This document shows positions 39,001 through 50,715 of a stretch of DNA of 64,000 nucleotides, in pieces. The stretch comes from Sphyrna mokarran (lineage: Eukaryota): assembly GCA_024679065.1 (NCBI GenBank), contig JAGIQG010000008.1, positions 48,670,001 through 48,734,000 of the forward strand, read 5' to 3'. A program made the translations under genes and the position numbers. The first letter of the stretch is position 1; every line of letters starts with the position of its first letter. Below the pieces are notes generated by a model. It was not told the DNA's origin, ran no database searches, and saw nothing but the letters and a program-made list of their open reading frames with translations.

Positions 39001-39364
39001 AGTATAACCACACAAAGGTAGTGTGCGGCTTTGTATCTGTGAACTCTCACTGTCAGCTTTTAATTTTGTCCGCTAGTAATTAATGCTTGGGATAGCAACT
39101 ACATACCTCTTAACGTTCAATCTGAGCAACAGTGATGTAAATGCAATTTGTTGTTTTTGACAGAGTTTTGGAGCTGGCTGTTTAGCCATTGCTTTCAGCT
39201 GTAGCAGAGTGTGAAATAAAGCCTAAAGAGGGAAGAAAGATCATCCTTAGGATGAGAAAAAATAGCTAAAGTTAAAATGTATGGTTATGATATTTCATTC
39301 CTTAAGTATTGGCATTTTAGTTGTGCATTATTCCTTTGGATCACATCAGTATAAATTCGGTCTT

Positions 39365-40040
39365 AAGTTGATAAGTATCAAGTAATATTTGTGTCACAAA
39401 AATGCCAGGCTATTACCATCTCCAACAAAAGGGAATCTACCCATTTCCTCTTAAAGTCCACACTCATTACAAATGCTGAATCCCCTATCATGAACACACG
39501 GGGGGTTGGTAATGACCAGAAACTTAACTGGGCCAACCATATAAATAACGTGGCAACAAGAGCAGGTCAGAGGCTAGAATTCTTTTTGATGACTAACTCA
39601 TTAACTCCTCAGACATCTGACTACCATCCACTTGGCACAGGTCAGCAATGTGATAGAATACTTCTCACAGCTCAAACAACACAAGAAACTTGACACCATC
39701 CAAGACAAAGCAGCCCACTTAATTAGCAACTTATCCACCACCTTAAACATTCACCAGTACACAATGGCAACTATGTGTACCATTTACAACATGCACTGCA
39801 GCAACTAACCAATGCTCTTTCAACATCATTTTCCTAACTAGTGACCTCTACCATCCAGAAGGACAAGAGCAGCAGATACATGGAACCCATTCCTCCACTA
39901 TCACTGAGTAAAAATACTAGAACTCCCTCTCTAACAGTTCTCTGTGCGTTCTTACACCACCTGGGCTGCAGTGATCCAAGAAAGTGGCCCAGCCTCATTT
40001 ACCCAAGGACGCTCAACAATAAATCCTGGCCTTAGCAGGA
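39365..40040 (+). mobile_element. CR1-like LINE 3' fragment (second family)
   Basis: KCQAITISNKR...GVGNDQKLNWANHINNVATRAGQRL; ends caataaatcctggccttagc. Confidence 0.75.
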
Positions 40041-41999
40041 TGAACAAAAGTATTTTTTTAATGGAAAGTTTAACAAACTTGGCCACTTTGAAGTTATGTC
40101 CTTGAATGTGTGTACACAAAAAAACACTTTTAATCTGAAATACTGAGGAGTTGAAACTGTTTATCTTAGTGGGGATGGTAATGTGTCTTACATATTGCCC
40201 AATTTTATTTTGCTTTGACTTTAATAAAAGAAAGAATTGTGCAAGGTGTGAATGGTCTACCACTTCACCCCCTGAGACTCACCCAAAAGTACAATGGAAA
40301 CATTTGGTGAGAGTACTCACCAAAAGATAAAGAATATAAGCAATAACAAAAAAACTGTCAATTGGCAGGAAAACTGAAGTAAATCCAATAAGAGATAAGA
40401 AAGGCTGAAATTTTGATTGAAGATCCTTGGTAAAGGGTCACGATCAGGAATGTTATCCTGTCTTCTCATATGGAAATGCTGACTGCCCCTCGGTGCACTT
40501 TTGAGGATCTTCAATTTCCATTTCTCCTCAAAACATGTTTTAATGCCTGTCGATGTGAGAGCAGGTATGAAAGTCTGGATATATTAGTGCCTCTGCCAAG
40601 CTGGCAGTTCATTACGCTCTTTAACCTTAAGCATTGAATAACCTTTACAGATGGTTTGAAAGAATTCTGAGAAATGACTCCCCATTTGTTGTCCGATGGA
40701 CTAGGTAAAGTAAATAGTGAAATGCAATAGCGAAAAGCTGAGGAAATAAAGGATCTGTCAACTGTGGAGTATTTTTTGCTCAAGTGTGTGGCAAAATTCT
40801 GAAAAAAATATTAAATAAGTAATAAAACTAGTCACTTAAGTTGAGTAAAGATCTCTTAGATGGGTTCCAGGAGCAATCAAAAGATAAATCAAAAAACATG
40901 CGAGAAATAAATGTACTCCATAAATTTTATTGCTGAAAGCACCCCTCTGTTAGAAAAGGCAAGTGATGATGTGTGATATAGCTCAGCAGGATCTTTTTGG
41001 CAACAGATAAAAGTGTTAAAAGCAAAACCAGAAATTCTGTAATCCACCATAAATCATAGTTCCTGACAGAGATCGGACTATGTCTAGCAATGAAGAGTTT
41101 TAGTGCTTCCACATTTAAAAATAGAATATTTTTACTTTTTAATCAATTTACTGTAGACGTTTTAAGTGAGCAGCTTCTATTTAAATTCCAGTTTAATGAT
41201 TTTTGTAAAGTTTCACTTTGCAGCAAAATTTAAATATATTAAATGAATAAAGAAACTAAATGTGTCATTCGCTGAGAGAGTGTCCTTTTGGATCAAGCTC
41301 CTGAAATTATCTGAAGATTCAGTCAGTTTTTACAGAACACATGGGTCCTCTGAGGGGTGTTCCTCTGCTGCCAGTGCTCACATCAAATTACTAATTCTTA
41401 TTTTAAAGCAGGCTTGACTTTACAAAAATGTTAATGAGTTCTCCAAAAAGATGGCCAATTGCAAAATTTCCCTCTCAACTTCTGTCACAGGAAGTCTATC
41501 TAAGCAAATTAGAGCTCCTCCAGAATATTTACAGCAGAAATACTCATGGGATTGTATTTTAGGCAAGATGAGTGGTTTTGCTGCTGGCTCAATTGGTGGG
41601 CTTGGCAGCACAATAGCCTTAGCAGCACTAGCATTAGAGGCTGTCACTGCTCAGGATGCAGAAAAAAGGCAACTCTACATCAAGGCATCTTTATAACAGT
41701 TTTTTTTTCCCCCTTTGCCATAGGAAGGCAGGATGCCCCTGGCAATTATTGGGTGTGCACTTTCCAGCCATAATACCATATCCACAAGGGTGCTCACTGC
41801 TGTAAGGGAACCCTCTCTGTGGTCCATAAAGTGTCCATACAGAGGAAATCCGATCCTGGTAACATACGGCAAGGTTGCCATGGATTACTGGCAGCTTTCC
41901 AATGTGGCAACCACCCCTCTTAATGTTGGTAAAATGCCAGAAGTGAGAATGGGGCAAAGTGAGTTTGTGACCACAATGTTCCAGTTCTCTTTAGACACA

Positions 42000-43345
42000 A
42001 TAATGGTGCCAGAGGATCTGACAAATGTTACAATCCTATTCAAAAATAAGGCAAGGGATGACCTTGGCAATTACAGGGCAATCAGTTAAATGCCATTGGT
42101 GATAGTTATAGAAGCACTCATCTCAAAATCAAATGGCATTTGGAAATGATAGGTGAATAAATAGAATTCAGTCAAATCGTGTTGACTATCTTGATTAAAT
42201 TTTTTTTGAAAAATCAATGCAGGTTGATGAGATTAGTGTGATAAAGAGATTTCATAAAATACCATATAGTAGCAAAATTGAAACCATGGGACTAAAAGGC
42301 ATGGTTATGAGCTTGGTTAAAAGACAAAAAAAACAGGAGTAGTGAATGAATCAGTTGTTGCTTAGACTGGAAGGAAGTGATATTCCCCAGGTATTAGGAA
42401 TACTGCTCTCTTTGGTATATATTAATGGCCAAAATTCATGCATACAGTGCATAATTTCAAAGTTTGCAACTAAAATAGGACTTGGAAGCATAAATAATTT
42501 GGAGAACACAAATTGGTGAAATGGACAGTGGCAGTAGATGTAATTTAATGCAGAAATATTTGAAGTGATGCATTTTGATAGAAATCTATGAAGACAGGCA
42601 ATGTGAATCTAACAGTATGATACTTGAGGGGTTGCAGGAACAGAGAGGCCTGGGTGTGTACATATATATATAAATGTTTGAAAGTGGCAGGACAGGTAGA
42701 GAAAATTGTTTTGGTTTTACAAGTAGGCATCAAGTACCAACACAAAGAAGCTATGCTAAACACTCATGAAACATTGGTCAAATTACTGGATTGTATGCTC
42801 AATATTTGGCATCAAGGACCAAGGTCTTGGAAAGGGAAAGAAGGACATTTGCCTCAAAATTCATTAAAAAAGTAGAAAATAGGTACAGGAATAGGCCATG
42901 CAGCTCTTTGTGCCCTACTCCATCATTCAGTATGGATGAATGATTCATACTCATGGATCACCTTCCCTCCACATCTTCAATTACATGAAGAAAATGGAAA
43001 AGCAGGGGCTATTCTTCTTCGAGAAGAGAAAGTAGAGGTTTGATAGAGGTGTTCAAAATCATCAGTGGTTTTGATATAAGGAGAAATTATTTCTGGTGGT
43101 AAAAGAACCAGAGGATCCATTTTATGATAATGAAGAGGAAAGGGATTTATTCCGTGCAATGAGTTATTATGACTTGCAATCCAGTGGCTATAAAGATGAT
43201 GAATGTTGAGTCAATAATAACTTTCAAAAGGAAATTACATAAAATATTCGAAGTGGAAAAATTTGCAGAACTATGAGGAAAGGTGAACAGATAGTTCTTT
43301 CAAAGAGCTGGTACCAACACAATGAGCCGAATGGCATCCTCCTGT
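42000..43345 (+). mobile_element. Decayed CR1 ORF2/3' UTR
   Basis: VPEDLTNVTILFKNKARDDLGNYRAIS; ends gagccgaatggcatcctcctgtg. Confidence 0.75.
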
Positions 43346-43829
43346 GTGTCTCACTCTGAGACCTGAGTTGCACTCTGCACCAAATCATTGGAAGTCTCCC
43401 ATTGTTCCTCTCTCCAATAATGTATGGGTCACACATAGTAAGGACTGGGCCAATCCCATCCCAGGGATGTCAGGGGTGCCACAGAAATATAAATTGTTTT
43501 TTGTTCCCCTCTACCTTTTAGTGGGGCTTCTCACCATAGTCAGTGGCATTCCCAAACTGCCCAGCTTTGCCCTCTGGAAGCTGCTTTAAGAGCTCTCACC
43601 CTTTTGCTCTTTTTGGCTGGGTGACAATTACGGAAGCCTTGAACACCAGCCCACCATGAGTTTTGGAACCATAAAAATATTTGAGGATGAGATAAGGTTA
43701 TCCTGTCTCCTGACACTGGTTTGTCTGATAGACATTAACCTTCCCAGTCTCCTATCCAACTGCACTTTAAATGCCATTTGAGTCTCTATTTTCTACCACC
43801 ACAGTAGATTACTCCTGAACATATATCAC

Positions 43830-44067
43830 TGTGGTGATTGTCCCTTTAAGAATCAATGTGCAGAGTGATGGTCACACGACCCAGGAAACCAATCTGGGGG
43901 GAGGGAGGTGGGGGGAGGACCGAGGACCATCTGGTGAGCTCAGATTTCTGTTCTAGAACCCAGTTGGGAGCTGATTGCAGTCTTGAGGCTGTGAGCCCCT
44001 GTATGGCCTTTATCTGGAAATAAACATGTCGTTGTTTTTCCCTGAATTGGTGAACAAGAATTATTCA
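43830..44067 (+). mobile_element. Short solo-LTR-like element, 238 bp
   Basis: TGtggtgattgtccctttaag...aataaa...ttattCA, with flanks ATCAC/ATCAT. Confidence 0.7.
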
Positions 44068-44829
44068 ATCATCCAAATAATTCCTTTCATATATGTAATT
44101 TAAATTACAGTTCTACTAGTTTAAATATATAGATTATAATCTTTATTTTATAGTACTCAGGAATTATATTTTAATTATTTGTTCTCGGCACATGGACCAC
44201 ACACAGAATCATGGGATGCTTACTGTGCCTAATTCTCGGATGATACGCTTGGCACATTGTGTGTATGCTGGCTTTCAGTGAGAACAGATCAGCTAAATCC
44301 ACTCCCTCATCTTAATCCTGTAGCCCTGCAATTTTCTTTCTGTGGATCATTATCCAATTTCCTTTTGAAGGCCACAATTCAATCTGCCTCTCACATTCTT
44401 AGGTAAAGCATTCCAGATCTTTAAAGTGGTGCATAAAAATGTGTTTCCTCATGTCGCACAATGTCTTCTGATTCTTGATCCCTCCTCCAGTGGAAACCTA
44501 TCTATTCACCCTCATGATTTTAAACACCTCTATCAAATCTCCTCTCAAGGGAGAACAGAGTAGACAAAAGCAGCAGATGCACACAAACAACAACACCTAC
44601 AACTGAACCTCAAGCCACTCACAATCCTGACCTGGAACTGTATCACTTTTCCTTCATTGTTGCTGGATTAAAATCTTGGAACTTCCTCCCTCACTGCACT
44701 GTGGATGTACCTACAGTGCTTGAACTGCAGGGTTCAAGAAGGTGGCTCACAGATAATTATGGATGGGTAATAAATGCTATGCTAACAGTGACGCCCACAT
44801 CCCTTGAAAGAATTTTAAATCTCCCAATT

Positions 44830-45165
44830 TTTCTAACCTATCCTGGTAAAATAATTGAAGCTCTTCATCCTTACAACCATATTGTAAGTATTTTCTGCAA
44901 CATTTCTGAAGCATTCACGCTCTTCCAAAATTGTGGCGCTCAGAATTGGAAACAAATCTCCATTTGACGTTGAACCAGACTGACAAAAGATTCACAGGAA
45001 CATCTGTACTTTTGTACTCTAAACCTCTATTTATAAAGTTTAGGACCTCATATGCCCACTGCTTAAACCACCTACACCCCAAGTCCCTCTGTTCTTGCAT
45101 CCCCTTTAGAATTGCATCCTTTTTCTTTTCATTGTCCATTTGTTACCCTAAGAATGTATTATTGA
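44830..45165 (-). mobile_element. CR1 fragment
   Basis: ILKGMQEQRDLG...VLNFINRGLEYKS. Confidence 0.7.
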
Positions 45166-45171
45166 CCTGAT

Positions 45172-45401
45172 TGTAGCAGCATGTCCCTTTAAGGGGTAAG
45201 GCTTTGGAGAGTCAAGTGACCTATTCACCAATTGGGCCACAGCACACCAATCCTGGGGCTGAATGTGGACTTCCTGGCAGTCCGGAACTTGGAGTTCAAG
45301 CAATCAGTAACATAATTTTCACTGTTTATTCATAGTTACTATAGCTAATGAATAGTTTTGTTGTTACTCTTTGCAGTTGCTTTTCCTGTTTAGATATTTC
45401 A
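45172..45401 (+). mobile_element. Short solo-LTR-like element, 230 bp
   Basis: TGtagcagcatgtccctttaag...atttCA, with flanks CTGAT/CTGAA. Confidence 0.5.
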
Positions 45402-46642
45402 CTGAAACATTGCACTTTGAGTGATGATAGTCCCATTAATTGTACTTAAATTTGGATAATTGTTTCAGGAGAGATAATTGTTTCAGGTGGAGAGTAGTGT
45501 TGAACTGACTGGAGGGAAGCAAAGCATTTCCCCAGAGGTCAAATCTAGACCATTGCTTTTCTTGTTAAAAAAAATTGTCTGGACTTTGTTATCGGTAGCA
45601 TAATTTCAAAATTTATGGATGGAGTAAATCTTGGCAACAAGTGGTCAGTTGAATGATAGCAAACTTCAGCAGGACATAGACTAATAAAATGGAGAGAAAC
45701 ATGGAAGATACGAATATCTTTGAAGTGATGCACCATGTAATTCATCACAGATGACAAGTTGATAAGGAAGATGTGAAAATGCGGAACAATTGGCTTTTTG
45801 AAAAGGATCACTGAATACAAAAACGAGGAAGCCATGCTTTCCAACTTAGTGTTAGGCCTCAGGCACCACACCATAGATATAAAGGAGAAACCAAAGGAAT
45901 ATTACTTGGATGATACCACAAATGAAGGACTTCAGATATTTGGAGAAGCTGAGAGACTCTGATTCAATAGGGCTCCTCCTAACAGCAGAGATTGTTCTCA
46001 TTCAGCCTTTTCTCATAGCTCATTCTCCATTTTTGCATAACCTTTATTGCTCATTCTGCAAACTTTTCTGCACATCCCATTTGTAGCATGATTACCAAGA
46101 CTGTGGACAGGACATCAGATGTGACCTATGCTATTGAGGTCAGTTTATTCAATTAATTTTGGCCAGTTCATACATTGTATCTTATTTCCTTGAACAAATG
46201 TCAAATATATTGTGCTAAAAACAGTTCATTTGACTGTTAGATAGCAAGAATCTATTAGGATTATTTATTTGTTTCCAATATTCTTCCTAAACTGGGCAAT
46301 TTTATTTGGTTTCAATATTTAGATAATTTGAGAAATGACATAAGTACAATACTTCATGTTATATCTCTCCACCTTCTCTGTCCCCCATCAGCCTGATTAA
46401 AACCAGCATTCCTTGCTTCCTATTATTTAACCATCAATCCAAACCTCACCTTGGATCCCATGGCTTGCATCTTATTTAGCATTCTTCTGCAGCTTTTTTG
46501 TTGATAAAATACACTTCTTAGAGTTATTTAAAAAACTCTTCCCAAAGTTACAATTATACAACCAAAGTTTACAAAAACTTTACACAAAATTTGACTGGAA
46601 CATAAATTATTAATCAGAAACTATGATTGAAGCAGAATCAAT

Positions 46643-47500
46643 GGCTAGGATTCTCCCAAAAAAATTCTAAGTTCCCAATTGACATGAAAACGGGAGTAGC
46701 TCCTGGTGTTTTTTTTAAACAGGATTTTCAGAATGAATCTCCAATGCAGTCCACAATGCAGAGTGCCCTGGTGTGATTCAGTCTGAAAATCTGGGGGCAG
46801 GTTCTATTCCTGCCGAGAAGCCAGCAGCATCGAACTGATTGTCACGTGCACAGTAATCCAATCTGTCATTTCTAAGATCAGCCCACATTGCCAACCTCCT
46901 GATGGACTCCCAATTGCTGCCCTCTGACCCCACTCTCTGACTGCTGGCCTTCTGAACCTCTCCCCCTCTTCCCTCCTTCTGCATGCAATCTCGAATGCAG
47001 AATGGCAGCAGGGCCTCCTCACCCCTACCAATCAACAATAAGCCCTGCCTCTTGGCACTGTTCAAAAGCCCAGTGGGCAATGCCAAGATGCCACGTGGGC
47101 TTTATGTTTCCCCCTTGGGCAGTGCCGAGGGCAGGTTGGGCACTGCCAAGGGGTACACCCCACAGCCATACCTCTGACCTTCTAGGGGCGCCTCCTTGAT
47201 CTCTGTTCCCTCCAGCAGGGTTGGGCCGCCCATTACCCATTCATGGGGACCAGTTGTAAACCCAGCTGAAGTGAACCACTCCCGGCAAGGTGAGATGCTA
47301 GTGGGCCTGGAGACCTCAGTCCTAGTCCTGCTAATGGGATGCAGATCTTGATTTAAATATTGAAATCAGGTCCTCACCAGAAGTTGGTGACACTAAAACT
47401 CTTGGATTGAGAGATGTGCAGAATCTGTGGTGCCTAGCGGGGAACTGCAAAATGGCTCCGCTGTTGTCTCCTGGTCCGTTGTGCTGTAAAAATGGAGATA
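46643..47500 (+). mobile_element. GC-rich non-autonomous DNA transposon, same family as 5294-6304
   Basis: Starts ggctaggattctcccaaaaaaattc...ttttcagaatgaatctcc, the reverse complement of 6220-6304. Confidence 0.75.
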
Positions 47501-47699
47501 GTCATGTGCAAGTGACACGTATGTGGAATACATGGAAGAATGGGATTATCAAAAGCACTCTTGGAGAAAAAATATCACTGTAGATTTGTTGGCTGAATGA
47601 TCACCTATAAGTCAAACTCATTTAGATTCAAGGCAGTCGAGCGTTATCGTAAAAGGGCAAATGAGGGTTAGAGAATGGCAGGAAGGAATAGAGAGATAA

Positions 47700-50600
47700 A
47701 ATCTAAGAAATATCGATAGTTAAGACTCTGTTTTTAACATGACAAAAAAAATCAAAATTAAAGGCTCTCTATCTGAATGGGTATAGCATTCATAACAAAG
47801 TAAATGAATTGGTGATGCACATTGAGATGAATAAATATGATCTGATAGTCACTATGGAGATCTGGCTATTGGAGGACAAGGATTGACTCTTGAATATTGA
47901 AGGGTATATGATATTCAAGCAAAACAGGAAGCTAGGTAAAGGTAGAGGTGTAGCTCTGTTAATCGAGGATGGCATTGGTACAATAGTTAGAGATAGGCAT
48001 CGTTCAAGAAATCAGCATGTAGAATCAGTTCAGGTGGTGATGAAGAATGGTAAGGGAAAGAAGTCATTATGGCAATGGTTTATAGGCTCCCTAACAGTAA
48101 CCACAATATAGGGCAAAGGACACAAAAAGAAACATAGGGTGCTTGTGATAAAGGGACAGTAATAATTATGGATGATTTTAATCTACATATAAACTGGAAA
48201 ACCAGACTGGCAGTAGTAGCCAGGGTTTGTAGAATGCTTTTGAGAGAGTTTTTTAAGAATAGCACATTTTGGAACCATCCAGAAAGCAGGTTATATTAGA
48301 CTTGATATTGTATATTGTGACACGGTTAATTAACTGCCTCAGAGTGAAGGCACTCCTAGGTAGGAATGGCCAAAATATGGTTAAATTTTACATCCAGTTG
48401 GAAAGGAAGAACTTTGGGTCTAAGATTAATACTTTAAACTTAAATAAGGACAACTATGTGGGCATGAACACTGAGCTAGGTGAAGTGAACTGGGTTATTA
48501 AGCTAAGAGATAGATCAATAGTGAAGTAGTTACCCTTAATTTTTTTGTACATTTCAGAATACTCCGAATAAGTATGTTCCTAAAAATTCTTAGGAGAGGA
48601 CTCACCAACTCTGGTTAATTAAAGAAGTTAAGGAAAGCGTCAAAGTTAAGGAAAAAGCACATAACTGTGTTGAGTGACTGATCAGATGACTGGTTAGAAT
48701 ATAAAGAATGAACGACGATGACCAAAAAAGATAATCGGGGAAAGAAATTAGAGTTTGAGAGGAAACCAGCTAGGAATGTAAAACAAACAGCAAGACTATT
48801 AAAGGTTTTAAAGAGGAAAAGAGAATCCTCTAGAGAATGACAATGCAGAAATAATAGAGAATGAGGAAATGGCAGATGAAATAAACAAATATTTTGCTTC
48901 TGTTTTCACTTTGGAGGATACACAAAACATTCCAGTAATAGCTCTAAGTCAGGAGGTGGGGAGTGAGAGGAACTTAGTAAAATTACCATCATTGGGGTAA
49001 AGGTACTGAGAAAACTGATGGAGTGTGGACTAAGAAGTCTCCTGGTTCTGATGAACTGCATCCTAGGATCTTAAAAGAGGTGATTAATGAGGTAGTAGAT
49101 GCTTTGGTGTTAATTTTCCAAAGTTCACTAGATTCTGGGAAGGTTCCATTAGACTCAAAATTAGCAAATGTGATCCCTCTATTCAAGAAGGTGGGGAGAC
49201 AGAAAATAGGAAACTATTGGCCAGTTAACTTAGTATCTGTCATGGGGCAGATATTAGAATCAATCATTAAGGACATTAAAGCTAGGCACATAGAGAAACT
49301 CAAGGTCAGAAAGAGTCAGCATCACTTTGGGAAAGAGAAATCATGTTTAACCAAGTTATTAAAATTTTTTGAAGTACTACCATGTGCTATGGACAAAGGG
49401 GAGTCTGTAGATCTATTGTACTTGGATTTCCAGAAGGCATTTGATAAGGTGCCACATCAAAGATGATTGTAGAAAATAAAAGCTCATGGTATAGGGGTAA
49501 CATATTGGCATGGATGGAAAATTGACTTGTTGGCAGAAAACAGAAAGTATGTATAAATGTTTTTTTTCTAATTGGCAAGATGTAATGAATGGGGTCCTAA
49601 AAGGTCTGTGCTGGAGCTTCAACATTTTACAATTTTATTGATGACTTATTGAATACAGCGTTGCTAAATTTGCTAAGGACACAAAGATAAGTAGGAAAGT
49701 ATGTTGTAAAGAGGATATAAGGAGGTTGCAGACAAATATAGGTAGGTTCAGCGAATGGGCAAAAATCTGGAAGATGGAGTACAATATGGGAAAAGGTGAA
49801 TTGTTCTTACTGATAGGAAGAATAAAAAAAGTAGAGTACTACTTAAATGGAAAATGACTGCAGAATTCCGATGTGTGGATGGACCTAGGAGTTCCAGTGC
49901 ACGAGTTACAAAAAGTTAGTACACGGGTAACTAAGAAGGCTAATGAAATGCTATCCTGTATTACATGAGGGATTGAACATGGAAGTAATAATGACTATTA
50001 GTGAGACAACACCTTAAATGCTGTGTACAATTTTGGACTGCTTATGCAAGGAAGGATGTAAATGCATTGGAGGCGATTCAAAGGACATTTACCAGATTGA
50101 AAGCTGGAAGGAGTGGAAAGGTTAGGCATACTGAGTTTGTTTCCATGGAGTTTAGAACAGCGAGCAATGTCTTAAATATATAAGATTCTGAAAAGTATTG
50201 ACAAGAATGACATAAAAAGGATGTGTGGTGATTGTGTCTTTAAGGGCAATACAGCTGAAGAGGGTCACCTGGCATGGGGAACCAATTGGGATTGAGAGTG
50301 GTTAATCACCCCTGGAGATGGAGCCCACTCTGAGGCAAAAGACATCTGGGAATTGAGGGCAGCTGGTGGACTACAAACTCTGTATTGTTTTGTTAAGAAG
50401 TATCTTTTATGTTTTGGACCAAGTCTGTGAGGATGCATCATTACAGGATGTTTCCTCTTGTGTGTGAGTCCTGAACACTGGGAGAGTTTTTTCACTCAGA
50501 GGGCTGTGTGCTTATGGAACTCTCCACCTCAGAAGACAGTAGAGGCAAGGGCATTAAACATTTTTCAAGATGCAAGTAGATTCTTGTTGGGCAACAGAAA

Positions 50601-50715
50601 CAAAGATTGTCCGGTGGGTGAGGAGCGTGTGGATGGGAACGTGGAACTTGAAACACAAGCAGATCAGACATGATACTATTGAATGGCAGAGTAGGCTTGA
50701 AGGGCTTCTATTTCA
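47700..50715 (+). mobile_element. Near-complete but inactivated CR1 LINE ORF2 (APE endonuclease + RT) with 3' UTR
   Basis: NIEGYMIFKQNRKLGKGRGVALLI (endonuclease); KSPGSDELHPRILKE...YLDFQKAFDKVPHQR (RT). The catalytic motif has decayed to FAKDT, with many stops and frameshifts. Confidence 0.92.
50224..50445 (+). mobile_element. Short solo-LTR-like element, 222 bp, inserted in CR1
   Basis: TGtggtgattgtgtctttaag...cattaCA with a perfect GGATG TSD (50219-23, 50446-50). Excising it restores the CR1 sequence aaaggatgtttcctcttgtg. Confidence 0.85.

Noticed and set aside
49023-49466. 147-aa reverse-transcriptase ORF as a functional or domesticated gene
   Set aside because: It is part of a CR1 copy with stops, frameshifts, a lost DD motif and an LTR insertion.
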